64,000 nt of DNA from Phoronis australis (lineage: Eukaryota; Animalia; Phoronida): NCBI GenBank assembly GCA_002633005.1, contig NMRA01000114.1, positions 212,835 to 276,834 of the forward strand, written 5' to 3'. The notes beneath the pieces were generated by a model that saw only the letters and a program-made list of their open reading frames with translations, was not told the origin of the DNA and did not search any database. The position numbers and the translations under genes were made by a program. Positions 63,720 to 64,000 of this stretch are shown one piece after another. Every line of letters starts with the position of its first letter. Within the stretch, counting starts at the first letter, position 1.

Positions 63720-64000
63720 GTGTCAGTCAATCTGTACAGTTTATGTTATTTGTATTAGACTATCTGTACTACTCCTCCCATTATATCAACCTGTCAATCT
63801 TTACGGTTCCTCCTATTATTTCTGTTAGTCAGACTATACAGCTCCTCCCATTATTTTTACCAGTCAGTCTTTACAGCTCCTATCGTATGTGTCAGTAAAT
63901 CTGCACAGTTCCTCCCATTGTCTCTAGCAGTCAATACGTACAACTCCTCCTATTTTCTGTGTCAGTCAATTTGCACAGCTCCTGCCTTCATCTTTGTCAA
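63720..64000. repeat. Degenerate minisatellite of about 35 bp in a CARM1 intron
   Basis: Recurring AGTCAATCTGTACAGCTCCTCCCATT-like units at about 63792, 63827, 63862, 63894, 63929 and 63964. Confidence 0.8.

Overview
Eukaryotic, intron-rich and repeat-rich DNA from an animal, probably a marine invertebrate; the taxon cannot be fixed from sequence alone. Six protein-coding genes were reconstructed by hand from splice signals and reading frames: neurensin (+), a divergent gamma-butyrobetaine dioxygenase (BBOX1-like, -), PET100 (-) head-to-head with ISCA1 (+), and EXOSC3/RRP40 (-) head-to-head with CARM1 (+, runs off the window). Introns and intergenic DNA hold DNA-transposon fossils: Kolobok (THAP plus a P2X7-ballast-like KolX), Merlin, Academ, a non-autonomous AcademH-like element with a perfect 9-bp TSD, several MITE families with 5-bp TSDs, a Helentron-type element with CTCF-like motifs, and foldback elements. 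The most striking structure is a 57-bp tandem array (about 26.6 copies) built from the EXOSC3 exon 3/intron 3 junction. It stacks 26 identical GTAAGT splice donors, each with an in-frame stop for EXOSC3. Single-n gaps flank duplications that look like uncollapsed haplotypes. All family and gene calls come from recalled motifs, not database searches.
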